A DNA stretch of 64,000 nt from Tubulanus polymorphus (taxonomy: Eukaryota > Animalia > Nemertea). The DNA lies in assembly GCF_964204645.1 (NCBI RefSeq), contig NC_134025.1:26330299-26394298 (forward strand), written 5' to 3'. The first letter of the stretch is position 1. Every line of letters begins with the position of its first letter. Position numbers and translations under genes: made by a program. Below are positions 1 to 15,300 of the stretch, piece after piece. The notes below the pieces were generated by a model. The model did no database searches. It saw only the letters and a list, made by a program, of their open reading frames with translations, and had not been told where the DNA came from.

Positions 1-3000
1 AACATAGATTTAGACCTGCCGTAAATCAAAGCATTTGCATTCCAATATGAAAAAACCTCTCGAATCGCGACTTAGATCTTGCGTAGGCATCCTTAAAAAA
101 CAAATCTATCAATCATTGTACTAAAAACGGATGCGCTCCATTGTAAGCCCCCGCAACGCGAACAAGATATTCAGATCGTTATTATAGTAGATCACGCATT
201 TAGTTGCCTTTGAAGGCACTCTACAGACTCATTTATTACCGGGTAAGTCTATTATTCACTCAAACTATACGGACTCGAATAAATAAACAACCAAATACGA
301 TCGTCAACACAAAATCTACAGTGTCGTTAAGCGTCGATTTTCTTGACCAATAAATTTGTAGACGAGACCGAAATTACTGATTGTTGATGTCTCGTGAGAA
401 TCAATGTCCCTGGTCGTTTATCTGAATACACGAACTACAGTCTGCGGGGTAACGCAAACAACTATTGGCAGCGGTTTTTCTTTCAAAAGCTCTCAATAAT
501 CGTGTGCATTATCTAATCCGGCGGTTACAATTTATTGCAATAAAATTCTGATTTAAAAAACGACACAAGTCGAATAAGCTATTAAACGTTGATTTTTACA
601 ACTATTAAATACGCGTTAGTTGGAGGTGATAGATTAGGCGCAATGGATTTATTTCGAAGTTGATAACAGCCAACCGGATTCAATCTATCATTCTTCGCCG
701 AATATTATCATACGCTCGAAATGAATTGCTACAGACAACAATACCAACAAAATAGAGAAAATAATTGTAATGCCGGTGTTTCCTTGTTAATTAAATCCCG
801 CTACTGTGGTGTAGATAATTGAAGCGCAATCATAAGCGTACGTATGAATCGCGTTGCAACGTTGTTACACAACCATAAACTAGAGTCTTTCGTTTGCAAA
901 AAAATATAATACACTTCAGCATCTCCGAACATTCTGAACGTATCACAGGTAAATAATACCGACGGATTTCACTGTTTTGGTGTAACTTGGTGGTAGAAAT
1001 GCTGAAGTGTAGGTGATATATCCCTCGTATGTGAGAAATAGCCATAAGAAATAATTACAGGAAAATGTCAGCCCGCATTGTTTAATCTTTCATCTTTTCT
1101 TATTTTCTCTGTATGTCTGATTTGATGTAATCTAATACCGCCTTGCAATCATACCAATGGATTTCTAACCGTATAGTTCGCAGTCCGCGGCCACATTCTC
1201 TGTAATTTCCGGGTAGCGTTTGTTTGGCAATGACATACACCGACACCCTCTCCAAGTATATGAAATTCGATGCACAAAATCAACACTGGTCGGACTGAAA
1301 ACACGGAACCCGTTCAAAATATATTTATGGAAACGAAGTGATGGCGATGTCCTGACGTGTAAAGCACCTAATGAGAAATCTGATAAACAACGAAAGTTTA
1401 TGAAAAATGACCAAACGGTTTCAACCCCATAAAATATCGAATATCCTCAGAAAAAAATTCTTTCGTGACCAAATGCTAAATGTTCGCCTCCTTTTGTATT
1501 TATATCAATTTCCATTCTAGCTACGGTTTTAACCTAGTCTGAAACACGCGAACTAACTTTATCAATTATACGACAACTACTTACTCAGTCCGTATGGATG
1601 AAGATAGATAGGTGACAAATGGATTATCTTTTTCATGAAATCCAACTGAAATGATTCAACTAGTGGTTTTCGTTCTGTTCATCGAAGATGTTCATCTACC
1701 AAAATATCGATGCCGTCCCTTCTGGCAAATTTTATGCATATGGTTGTCATTGAAATATGCAACCGATAGATCATTAAAATTCATAATTGTACTCGCATAA
1801 TAGCAAAAAAAAAAAAACGTTCATGCCGCGCCGTCATAATGCTGACGAAGCCGATTGTTGTTTGATCACTAACTAAAGTTGGAAGTGTCGAATAATTTTA
1901 TACCGCTCGTAGACAACGTCGAAATAGCATTTTCACATTGAAATCAGTCAGATCTTCATTTCATTTGAAGTGATAAGAAATCAGTATACTAAACAATATC
2001 TCTATCCGTCCATATCCGTCCGCGTCTTCTTCTCCATCTCTTTAAATGCGGTGCCGTTATTTAACCTTAATGTTATGTCACACTCGAGTAACTCTCAAAA
2101 AATCATAAAATGAGGAGATGAGGAAATATATATGTGACTTTGAATCCGTCTTTCACTGACTTGAAAGCATTGACGACACTACATTATCCAACCCTATTTG
2201 CTAATACCTATACGATGACCACTCTTTCACATATAGCTATGAATACACCGATATTTACCGATAAGCCATCCTGCGTTTGAGAACGATGACAACTTATTGC
2301 ACGGAAAGGAGGACATATCAAAAATATCAAACGCAATGATAAGCTTTGGATGAAGTGTGTATATATGCGAGGGATGAGGAAAGTACTACTTTGAACAGTT
2401 CCAATAAGCTTGGTTGCGCGCGTAATGCTGTCCACGATTGGCTGTCACCGTGCCGCACGAGACATGAGGCAAGGGAAGTTACAACTATCACAGATGCAAC
2501 CGGAATATCACCACACGGCTAATTGATAATCCACCCAACATTGAAGCGGCCAGAGATCTGCGCTACAAGATAGGTGAGTTAAGATAACCGAGTTGATATC
2601 TTTTATCTTAAAAGTAAAGGTTGATATTTGTTGCGTACTACAATACTATATTAAACAACAACATTTTAGAAATAAACATATTTAATTTGATCATCGGTTC
2701 CATGGACATTACTTTGTTCGGGGTGAAGATCTCAAAGTTTTCTATTTCTTATAAAGTTAATCCTAGATTTTTCCTATTTGGTTAAAGTCAACGGTACATG
2801 AGTGTACAGCGATGAACGGTTACATTTTGATCATTACATCTCATTGAGATTCATTGCTAACATTACCTGCCATTTAAATGTCATTTACAACGGTTCATTT
2901 ATCTAATTGCTACGATAATTTCGCAATATCCAAGTTCAAATAGTATTTTTCCTCTTTGGATTATTGAATATTCACGTTAGAATATAGCTCGCTTGTCGTT

Positions 3001-6000
3001 AGCAAATAGCAAATGTGCTAATGTAGTATGATAGACCAAAAGTTTATGCATGCTTGTTTAAATTAAAGTGTAGTCGTCAGTCGGCCTTTTTGCCGATGGT
3101 GATCATCACGTTATTTTCATACTAGATTTGTATCTGTGTTTCATAGCAATATCGAGAATGATCAAATGATTCCCTGAAGGGAATTAAGTTATAAACGCAA
3201 TATCCTAATGATTACAAGACATGTATTGAAGAATCCTGAAGTTCTGTCTATCGTTCCGTAATAACACCAATATCCACGCAATAATTGAAAATTGCATTCC
3301 ATATCAAGTTTAAGAACTTACCATAATTCGAAGCGATTTCCAGTCAACGTTTACCGAATGAACACATGCGTGTTGAGAAAAACTATTTCGTAAACCCGTA
3401 GATGTATCGCTCATGTGTCCTGGAGGTTTCCGAAGTTTCTCCATTGAAAATTCGCAATTCAATAAATGTGATGAGAATATCTGCTTTCAAATAATCGCGT
3501 AAAGGATGAAAATCGAATGAATCGTATATTGACAATTGTCGACTGCAAATCTGTAATTAACTTGCAAAGAATTTCAATTGCATTATGGCAAATGATGCAC
3601 CGTATACTCGGTCGATTTCCTGAATATGAAATATCGTATGGCGCTGTGCTGGCGAATTATAAAACAACATAAAAGATTTACTGTAATTCTAAACAACGTA
3701 TAACAGTGTTTCGCCGACATGATCTCTGACAGATCGCAAACAACTTGAAAGTTTATTGGCGCCTTGAAAAATAACTATATATATTGTTTGATAGATGATG
3801 TTAAAGTAATTTTAATTTGAATATATTGACAACTGAATTGAATTGACCGACCGCCAGTCTATCCCCAATATTGATGACGTAGTGCACATCCCATTCACAA
3901 AAACCCTGATTTCCATTAAAATAAACGCCAATATTCAAGTAATTGTTACTTTGAAACGCCAATATTGAGGAAGGAGCGCACATTGAGTGCATCGTCTCAC
4001 ACTTTCCCTTGAATAACGAATGTTAGTTATCAATATAACTATTTTGCAACAGTTTTCTCGGCGTCAAAAAAATCTGCTGAGCATGCCAGAATAACGCTGA
4101 CTCTGAAATATGAGCTTAGGATTTGACAGAGAAGCCAGCACAACAAAATACCAGACGCACGCGGAGAATCACCTTTCCTCAGCCTGTGTACCTGCAAGAA
4201 ATTGTTGACATGGATACCTTGGACTATGTTTTTATTTGTACCCACTTAAATAAATAGGTTAAAAAAACAACACCGTAAATGCACATTAAATGATGATGGA
4301 TGCTCCAATTTCTGTGCATAGATGATTTTATTGATATTCTATGACACAGTAACAAATACGAGCTTCCGCTTCCCATGCTTGGCAAGGTCAAATCCATATT
4401 TTCTTTCGCCAAATTAAGCATGTATCACATTTGTATCAATAAGTGTCTCAATAGTGCGCGATAAACGGCGGATAATCGCCAACGGATATTTAGATGTTAG
4501 CAGATAGAGCATCCTCTATAAATCTATACCACACCGATGTAACGCCTTGGAGTGTATTAGGCATCGGTGATAATAATAGATTTTTTTTCGGAGGAAGAGG
4601 AAGAACACGTCTGCTTAACGCTACAATGCCAACCTAATACATTAATGGCGATGTAAACAATTTCTCGGAGATTACTATCGTTCTATGGGGACAGAAAACA
4701 TCTAACTTTGTTTTTGTAGCGGAAATATCACGGCAAATAAATGGCAAGCCGATATTGAAAAAAGTGGCGGAATATCCACAAATTAAAATAAGAGTAATAA
4801 TCAAGATAATGCAACGGTTCGCCCCCATTAGCTTGTGCTGTGATCTCATCGTATAAGTGGATTTGAATGAACGACATAAACACTGCTTCCATTAGTTATA
4901 TCAGCAATGATTTGGTCTTTTAAGGTGAAGGTTTGTAGACATAAACTTATTGACGTTACTACTTACGCTATAGACACCGGTGTTATAGATTAGTATTAAC
5001 TTAACTCGGAGGTTAACTCAACGGTTAGTTCATTGAATAATCAAATTAATTGAAATGTTACATTACACAAGACATCTACAATATTTGACCATATTTTCGG
5101 CATTTAACTTAACACTTTTTTTCTAAAATGGAAAGTGTTGCATTTCTTATTGACAACAATCTTACGCTTTTCTAGATCTCGCCTATGCAGTGGTTTGATG
5201 GGATTGTATGCATTTTTTTGTTGTTTCAAAATCAGACGTATTGTTTTAATCTAAATTCTCTGAATGAATTCTCCTTGAATGAATCTACTGGTGCCACGAG
5301 ACAAGTGATAACTTCTTTTATAAATGCCCCGCAAATAAAGAAGCGAATTCTAACATTTCACGAGTGCGGATATATTTCATGCATCAAATCAAACCATTGC
5401 GATTTATTATTTGTCTACAAAGACTGCAATTAGTTCCCTCAAGACGTGGACGATGTATTTGTCCTAAAGATACATTTTTTCGGTTGGCAGGTAATCGATT
5501 GCGAATGTCAATAGTGACTGGAAATGTCGTATTAGCGAATTCGCAGGTCAAGTCACTGTGAAAATTCCGAGAAGCTAAGGCAATTCACGACTTACAAAAG
5601 ATCTTTTTTGTTTCCGAAGATATGAGTAGATTGGAATGAAAGTGAATTCTGGATATCTCGAAGAACCAATTTACCAAATGTTATTGGATTTGTGTCTTGA
5701 TTCGTCGATTTATCAAGTGACGAAACATGTCTTCATATTCATAGCGATAAGCAAATGAACATTTTACATCGAATTTCATTCACCAATTAAGCAGTGAGAA
5801 AATACTCGGCTTATGAAAGTTACCACTCGACAGTTGCATCGTCGATCTACACTCTTTCCAACGTTTGAAGTATAAAACACATATAACCACCTTGCTTATT
5901 AAAACTGAATTCATCTCGAAATACCTACAGATGGGCAACCAGCTTCTTTAACAGAGAGTGTTTAAGGTAGTTTGATCTCTCGGGCATTAATTGAATGCCC

Positions 6001-8285
6001 GAAGAAAAAATGACGGACGATGCCGCGTGTATCATTATGACACACAAGTCATACGAGATTAATTGGTCTGAATTAGTGGACAAGATAATCTATCGTGGTT
6101 CATAGATATTACCTAGGGACAGATAAATTTATTTAGTCATGACATATCCCAATTGATTTCCATCTGATGAGACACACTAATCCATTATGATATCATAAGG
6201 TGTCACAAGTGTGCTAAACCATCAAATGCGATCCAACGAATACATGCGCGTACCGAAAACGAGCTTAGTCCATTCATCTAGTTCAAAGCGAATCTTCGTG
6301 ATTTCATTTTCGGAAATCATCTTTTGAAACTGAAACTTAACGCAGGCCTGGTATAATACAGTATATCTGACCAGGAAAGTTTTCTCGCACGTCCCGAATC
6401 CAAGCGAGTAAATAACAGAATTGCAATTAACCAAGTGCTTATGTAATTTACGCATATAATGGGCGCTATTTGTGGTAGACGGGCGCGCATAACGATTGAA
6501 GGAGACACGTACCAGGTAATACTAGGACAGTAACCATAACCTCACCCGTTTAGAAGGACGATAATGCAGGTACCGTACCTAAAATTACACTATCAGCTAT
6601 GGTTGATTTATGCTGCGCTGCATTTATTTGCCGACAGGTATTCTGTGGCTATCTCGTTTGTACTACAATTGACAAGAAGCTGCTTTCTTTCCACCCGATA
6701 TGCGATGCTCTGTCGCACGGAAAAGCAACGGAATTGCTTGTCATTAATCGCGCTCGACCGGAAATGATGGCCAACATCTTTTCACTTTTTGACGGCTTGA
6801 ACACCACAAAAATAACGGCGTTATAACATATCCATCGGTGTTCGATCACCATCAGTCCACCACGAATGAACCAGGATGTCGTGCAGACCGACACGGACCA
6901 ATCATAGCGCATTAATCAAAATGGGCTTGAAATCCATCATTTCGGGATTTACCCAATCAAAATGTCTTGTCATTCGACTTAAACCCCGAGGGATTTTAAT
7001 AACGGTGCTTGTTTCTGGGGTTTCATCGCCGTAAGACCTACCATTAGAAGTAGTAAAATGTGACGTCTGAAGCTATCTGATTCTTTGAATGCGCATGTGC
7101 CTTTCCGCACCAGCGTCCTCGCCAGATTGACACCGTGAACCATTTAGCGGTACCTATCCAACTTTCACACGAAACCTGTGCAGATCTACCTTAACCAACG
7201 TGGCAACAGAAGAAAATCAGATATATTCGAGTGTAATGGGATAATTTTCGTAATTCCGAGAATAATTCGCTTAATTCTAGTAATGGAACGGATTGAAATC
7301 GGAGCTAATGGCATATCGAGAGAATTCATGGGTAATTTGATTATTTACGCAAAGAACAGGAAACGCAATTTGAAATCTAGCACGAAGGCCTCCCACCGAG
7401 CTTCAACAAGACTCCCGTGAACGTAATTTCGAATAAGATGAGAAATGAGTATAAATTGGATATTTCAAAGTATAAATGTACGAGCTTATGAATATGACAC
7501 GTATTTGTATCACACTGTGACGATGCAAATGTAACATATTCGTCCTTTTCCTCGATGGTTTCGTCGGTTTATCCAGTAATCCTGCTAACAGCTTTCTACA
7601 AGTTATGACGGAAGGACTGACCAGTTATCCAGAAAGAAGTAATGCTATTCGATATGATCAAAACGCCCCGGAGCCAGGTTGGTTTACAGCAAGCAAAAAT
7701 ATAAAAAGAAAACAATGTCGGGAAAGTAAAAAAAGAAACGCTTCATGAATAATTTGCATTTCTACTCATTTTTTTTCGCAGCGGAGACCCAACGTAGCAC
7801 TGCAGTCAACATCGATCTCTTGGTTCATCAACTCGAAGCTTGCTGATGTAGTTTCAATACCCAACTGGTTTTAACTTCAAATCCATGTCCCCAGACAAAT
7901 AGACGGATTATTTTTTTCTCATGATTTGTTCCGAGTATATGCCGCTAATGCGTCATTGGGATTTCAATATGCACTTATTAGAGACAGCGTCTTGACGGAT
8001 TCGTTGTATAAGATACTCAAGACCCCGTGCGCACTAATTACAAGGCTCCAACACGATCGTCATTAGCCAATCGTCTATTTTTCACCGAACTCCCGTTTAA
8101 ATCCCAGTGGAATCAATGCCAGATTAACAAAATTAATTTCGTCACGTCCAATGCTCGGTGGTTTGGCGTCCTAAATTTTACAGGGTAAAAATTTGACATA
8201 CATATAGGTATATGACTCTGTAATTGAATATTCTTTTCTACGTGTTATTGGTGCATGTACATTTAGGTAGAGATTCTACATAGAT

Positions 8286-8357
8286 ATTATCATTATCATT
8301 ATTACCATATTCTGTGCTCTGTACAAGGTAGAAATACATGCTCCAAAGCACTTACAG
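8286..8357 (-). mobile_element. Possible 3' tail remnant of an L2/CR1-type LINE or SINE
   Basis: An (ATTATC/ATT)n microsatellite tail next to TGCTCCAAAGCACTTACA resembles the TGTAAAGCGCTTTGAGCA...(AAT)n 3' ends of L2-type elements (recalled pattern). Confidence 0.35.
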
Positions 8358-11300
8358 GATATTAATAAAGGATAACTATAATGACTACAGTATGTAAAAT
8401 GGGACTACGAAAAAGCCTATTATTCAATGCACACTCACTCAATATAGCTGCATGCCCTTATCTACGACTTTACCGACGATTGATTATCACACCTCAAAAT
8501 GTTCTAAACCTTCGGCGAATAGCCATTTCCTGCGAAGAAACTATTACATGTAGATCTAATAATATAGATGTGTTAATACATATATCCATTGTGGAATAAA
8601 AATAGTGTAGGCGTTAGCTCTAATTTCATTGCCACGTGCTTAAGATGTGATCAAAATATCACTTACATTTTTAAATCTTATCACAATTGCTTATTTATGG
8701 TCGTGTTGAATAACGGAAACTATGGAGTTCCAAGATGTCACTACGTTTAAGCTGCCAATCTTGAGCTGGGGTTTCATAATTAATCACAATCTGAGCGTCT
8801 ATCTGTGAGCTTTTTGACGCTTATTCTTAACTATAAGCTGTTCAAGTTATTTGCTACGGACTGCCCATGTGTAACAATATTCGCAATACAACAGCCAGGA
8901 AAGTTGATAAAGATTGCACATGATATCCGATCTTTCTAATTTGAAAAAAAATGTTCATCATTTTCTTCGGAATCTGATCGTAATTTTCATCAATTCGGTT
9001 TCCTATTATTATGCAGTTATTATGACCAGGTATTTCTTCTTTTCTAACATTCACTTTTTCATCACATCCGCATTTTTGCAAGGGATATGGTCCGCCAGAC
9101 AGCGGTGTCTTAAATAATTATACATCATTTTCCCAGGGTATCCTGTGCGAACAATGCATGAACGCACATCCCAATGAAAAATGTTCATTAATGTGTTCTT
9201 GCTTCCTGTTACACAACGCCGCCATTTACCGTCCACAAGAAACGCTTTCTCAAAATATACAAGATTTCGATTTACCTACTATAACCATGGATTAGATTAA
9301 AATTGATATACGGAAGTTGAAAATGTCGCCGTTCAGTTACTGTTGAATGATTATTCGTCATTAAAAACTGCAACTTTCATTTCATCACTGATTATATCAC
9401 TTCGGCAAGTAAATCTTGCGGAAGTTCGAAGACGATTCTCTTGGGTCCAACATACGAAATGAAGTACATTAGATAGATTTAATGTTTACTTCTTATGATT
9501 TCATATCAGCTAGATTCAATCAACTGATGTGACTAACAAAGCGTTTTAAGAAGTGGAAACAATACATAAGCGTGGAGATATGCAAATAACTTGCTGTATA
9601 AAGTGTCTCTCCTCAGCGTAAACACAAAAACGACAACGATTATAATAATGTCGTTAATAACTCAGTTATACGTGTGGGTTGTATACAGTTATGATGATAC
9701 GGGTGTTTTCGTTTTCTTTCGATAAACAGCTGAAGAGATTTATGGATAGTCACCGACTTGAAATTGTACTATACACTACGTTACAGCTATATATGAGGCT
9801 TTAAATACCGTGGATGGCTTGTAGCAATTAATACTTCAGACATTAGCACATCGTCTCCAGGCTATGCTGAAACTAATTAAAATGCTACGAAGATATTACG
9901 GTCAAGTAGTTTGTAACACTAGGATAAACCAACGCTTATAGTTATATGTACCGCTCTCGTTATCAGTGTTTTACCCATCCCTTCTCGATAGCCAACTGCG
10001 TTTTTCATCATATCGATATTTTTCAGGACATTTTGTCATTCCGTGGTCTTCTCGTTTATTACTGCGACTTTTATTTGTTTGAATCCCAGAATGTGTTCGC
10101 GGCAACTAATTAGTCTGTGATCTACAACTTCTAGTAGAACGGCGTCATACTATTTCGATTCGGCTGATCTTTTATGAGGCGGAAAATGCGCACGCAAAGT
10201 GCGCAGCGTCAAATCGCACCCTGTGCGGATGATTTTTCCAGCCCATTTCGCCGTTACGAAAGAGCATTGCGGCCATAGGATTTTTCCTTCTAAGTTGACT
10301 TTTAAGCTCGAGATTCTAACTTGGTGTTAAGTCGACATTTCGAGCTAAAAAGTCGAAATTTTGACTTGACTTATCGAATGTCGAGTTACTACTGTCACGG
10401 CTCCTTTTGAGCGCATTTTCCCGAAAGGGTTAACTTATTCATAACAAGAAACCTCTTAGATAACTAAGAGAAATAAAATCGAACGAGAAGAAAATCTTCC
10501 TCGAGATTCTCTTTGATGCGTGCGTGTAAATTCGGGAGCCGGGATTTAAACCAAACATAACCTAGCCTAACTATAGTAACCGAAGAACCCGACCGCCAGC
10601 TGGTTTATAACCGAGCATAACGAGATAATGTGACCAGTTACTCGTGATGCCATACCGCTATATCGTGAGTTTCGGTCTAGCGGGCATAACTGAGTGATAT
10701 TTCGGCAACCACGCAATCTGTCGATTTCGGAGTACTTCTGTTCATCAACTCATCTATAACATTCTATATCTCATAAATAAACAGATTTCTAAGAATGAAA
10801 ATGGGTGCACCGTCAGTGGAACTTACAACGTCATTAACGTCTGACAAAATTAACGTATAACATCGTTTCCGTTGTGTTTCAGTCATTAGCGCATCGCTTC
10901 TGATGGACTTTCTTTCCGGAACGACGGGACGTCTGCCATCAAGCCACCTGTAAACACGAGTAAAACTCCTATAAAATAACAATCTTTCACCGCACAATGG
11001 TGTTCTATTTAGAAGAGGCTGCAGTCGCATTCATTCTGGGAGCACACAGTTTGAGACAGTTGTCATCGGAATCTAGAATCAGTGCACTCTCGATTTTTAA
11101 AAAGGAAATGATACAAACATCCTGCTTGGATCGGATTATTTCAAACTTTTTCTGGCGAAATGAAAGCAGTTGAATCAATTTTTAAGAATGTGAACAGTCT
11201 AAAGAAAAAATGTGAACAGTCTTTTATGTGATGTGAATATCTATTACACGAGCCCAGTTTATCTAGACCGTTTCGAAAAGCTTGGCTCGTTGCATTTTAG

Positions 11301-12235
11301 ATTTAAAGGTTTCGATGAGACTTTCTACTTATAGCTGAATTCTACTTAGATTCGAGAAGCTAGAAAACTGCTAGTTAATGTAAATTGTTGTATATCTATA
11401 AAGACAACAGTCCCTCAAATACTGCACAACACACTATTTATGCCTGGGGGTGACATAAAAATGGTTGTGTCAACAAATAACTGGTTTATTACCCGTCATC
11501 TTTTTCCATCAGACATCGCTTGCAGCGCTCTTGGCCTTCAAAGGCATAAATACAATGCTGTTTAATCGAATCTTCACCGCAATCAATGTCTTTGTTTTTG
11601 GGAGCTAATTGGAAAACGATTACATTTAAATCAGGCAATAGCAACCAACTAGATGTGCCAGATACAATATATTGTAAACTATCGCCGAATCATGCATTAT
11701 GGAATGGTAATTTTAGATTTTGCGTCAGAATAGCTTCGAAAAGTGATTGCATCGTTCGCAGACACGGCAGCAGATGCAATTTTTCTTCGTAATTTACAAA
11801 ACACATCCACGTTCTTCGTAATCTTGCTGAGCCAACTAATGAAAAATAAGTGCGTTATATATGGGCGGATATACAGGATTGCTGAAAGGGCTTGAATCAA
11901 ACATATCTTGACGGGCATCGATCAGAAAAAGGGCACAGACGAGGATCAAAGACTCGATATCCTTTTGTTACAATTCGACATTTTCCAGTACAGCTACTTC
12001 AGTGAAATAGACGTTATGGAAGCGATTTTCATGTTCTCTCCGATTTATCCTTCAACTGGGTCAAAATGATTCTAAATACAGGTAAACAACACTTTCATGA
12101 AATTCTTAAAGATATATTTTCTATTATTTTCCTAGAAAACACCAAAATAGATATATACTGAATAAATGATAACGTGAATGTTTCTACATAAAACTCACAC
12201 AGCAAATGGCAACAGGTTTTCTTGACTTGATGTCA

Positions 12236-12303
12236 TCAGAAAGGGGCTCTTGACCGAAAAAGGGTTCGAACCCACGAAACCAACCCCCTGGATCCACCTC
12301 TGA
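12236..12303. repeat. Short GC-rich dispersed-repeat remnant (...CCCCCTGGATCCACCTCTG), related copy at ~13440-13475
   Basis: Two similar termini occur in the window: CCCCCTGGATCCACCTCTG and CCCCCTGATCCACCCCTG. They look like MITE ends. Confidence 0.35.
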
Positions 12304-15300
12304 TGTCTAACCATTGCCTTACGTAATCTAATTGTCGAGATCGGAATACCGTTCGTCAAAACACGATATGACTGATCATCCTGAAACGAAAGGAAAGTAA
12401 TTATTTTCCTATTTTAGAACTGAATAAGTTACTTTACTTCTGACACAGGTAGAAATAAAACTGAATTATTGATACGGCGATAAATCAGTCTAGTGCTGTT
12501 GACTACAAATTACACACAAATCGCAGTAACGAGCGTACGATTCAAAATGATTGCTGAACTCAACGTAACTATGACGTCACGAAATCTTCCGGGAGAATGG
12601 AAACAGAAGAAATGGGAAAAATCAGAAATCAAGCTATCACTATGGCACATAATGTAATGATAACTTGATTCGTAATGATAAATTGACGAGAATTCCATCT
12701 AAAAAACTGATAAACTGATGTCACGATAACACGATAGAAATGTCGATAAGGACGGAGGGAATCCGTATACATGCAACAACATCAACAACGTCATCATTGA
12801 CAGCAGGGGATGTTTTAAATCTCTATAATTGCAGCCATGCATCTACTCGATCCGGAGTCCGGACGTGATTAATAGAACTCGAAAACACGAAAAAATGATT
12901 AAACCTTTCTGCGACTGAGATTCAATCTACGACCGATTTACAACATCACGAATATCGTGTCATTGCGGAACTATATGTTCAGCTGAGGAGCACCGAGCGA
13001 GAGATCGAGCTCGAGCATGAGATTAATATATTTCTTCAATAGACCCTTGAAGTGTCATCAATTTTTACTTAAGGAGGACAATTCAAGCATAAAATCATTC
13101 CACGTCAATAACGATGGGTAATTTCAATGATGTGCCTTCAAACCGTTTTATTTGGGTTTAATTGTCACAGGAAATGTATAGTTGGGTTTAAAAGATCTAT
13201 TTGCAGTGGGATATAGGAAAACTGGAAGGCCGGATTCCAGAAGAAAAGAATAGGCATTTTATTTTTCAGATAATTTAAGCAGTCATCTCATAGGCCACTA
13301 GTAGGGTCCCACCATTGTTGTTAAATATTTTTGAAGAAATAAATCTGAAAATATGCAAATTCAAAGGATTAGTTTTAGATTTTCAGATTTCAACGATCTT
13401 TGTCTTGAAGAAAAGAACAACATAAATGGGAAGGCACGGTCCAGACCCCCGAGACCACCCCCTGATCCACCCCTGCTATCTACGGGTGACCAATATTTGG
13501 GTTCAATTGTAACTGGAAATATATATTTTCCATCGAAAATCATGACCGCATCATTAGAATAGTAGTGTACAGGGTTTTGAAGATCTACGGGTGACCGATA
13601 AAAACCAAATCCAGCAAAGAATTACTGATGAATGGATGCAACTGATGCAAATTTAGTTTGTCGTATTCGCTGGATTAATTTCCAATGAATATTTCGAGAA
13701 TCGTGCTATAATTTCTAATTATTTCGTCACTATTTTCAGTGAAAACGCGGCGGAATTGCCGAGTTTTGAAATATTCATTCCACTTTCAATGCTGTATATA
13801 ATTGATTTACAAGCGGACGATATCCCTAGATACCGGTACCGTAAGATGCAGGGGAAAAATAGCTGCAAAGAAAAATACGGCTAAGATTTATGATTCTATT
13901 AAAAAGAATCCATTACAACAGTTCAGAGCACATAAGAAACATTACCAAGATCTTTCCCAGCTGTTGTGATGCAACCTTTTGTAAATTTTGTGATTCAATT
14001 TCCTCGACGTCAGACAAAAATCCACTTCTCTCGATGTTTGAATAAACGATAGAACGGTCGATATTTGTCATTTACTCTGCCTTTCGTATGACCACGGGAG
14101 GCGAGGGTTTCTTACGAAGAATGTTTCCGCCTAAAGCAAGCAAATTTCTTCAAAAACCAATCACCCATTAGATTGGTGTAGGACATTCCATCGTGGAAGC
14201 TGAAGAAAAGAGTACCACTGGAAATACCTCACTTAATGACCGTCTTAAAGAAAGCTCTTCAAAATAGATCCCTCGTTACTGACTAAGTTAAAAACATTGC
14301 AAAAACCTATCGTCGAAAATGACCTAATTCTACTTCTTCCTTATATCCTCACATGTTTTGACAGATGATGAATCTTTGATGATATAGTTTTCACACTAAC
14401 GTCACTGTAAAAGATTTCAATATATTGATGTGTTTTAATTAAAGATATCTAAAGAGTCGATCCGACCTCCATTGGTTTATTTGATGCAAAGAAGGCAAGA
14501 AATATTCGCAATAACGGTCTGTAGTGGGTACTTGCAAGTACCACAATTACCACAAACTTGGGTGATTATGTGACCTGTCTGCAAATTCACGCGGATTCGA
14601 TGATTACGCCGAGGCCCCATTCGAATACTACGGGGTCGTCAATGTGTCAGGACGAGGAAAATTTTCTCTTTGACACACGGTTGTTAACTGACTGTACATC
14701 AGTAAATAACCTCAGGCGGTCGTTCAGGAGTGGATTCTAGAAATAGCACAACTGCATCCGCTGTAGTGAGACCGTTTAGTTTAATCGCGGACACCTCTAC
14801 GTCGCGTTCCATTGACCGTGCTGCTTAAATACAAACAGTTCACCTGTTTCTTCTGTTTCCCAAGGGCCTCATCTACACCGTGATAGATGGGTCTTTCATG
14901 ACTTCCTTCTTCATTGGACTACCGAAGTAGGCATTGATTCCTTTCGAACATTACGGGTGATTCTTTAGCCATAAATCGGTGTCACTACGTGAAAAAGCTT
15001 ACGATGCTAATCATGTCCTAAATGACATTTAAGTGATAGTGGTACGTACTTTCTTCGTTTCCACCTGTTCGAGAGGAATTCGAATCGTTTCGCTGGAGTG
15101 ACTAAAAACCAATTAGTTCACCTTTCAAACGATCTGACAAATTGAGATTACGGATGAAACGTGCAGATCCCTAGCAACTGTCAAAGTGAACCCTACGAGG
15201 AGACCAGAGTTCATAATTTTCATCACTAAGTCATTTCTTTATCACCGTGCGAAATGTTCCTGGTTGGAAAGTGACAGCTATCGATATATGAACCTTGGTC

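Noticed and set aside
6164-6222. CTGATGA followed by a weak hairpin (hammerhead-like)
   Set aside because: It lacks the GAAA core after stem II and a convincing stem I or III.
12262-12273. GGTTCGAACCC B-box/T-loop-like motif (similar GGTTCGAAACCC at ~37807)
   Set aside because: No cloverleaf, acceptor stem or properly spaced A-box could be built, so it is not called as a tRNA.
13478-13596. 14-bp direct repeat ATCTACGGGTGACC ~105 bp apart
   Set aside because: The intervening sequence has no TIRs or tail; it is probably a small local duplication beside a MITE remnant.
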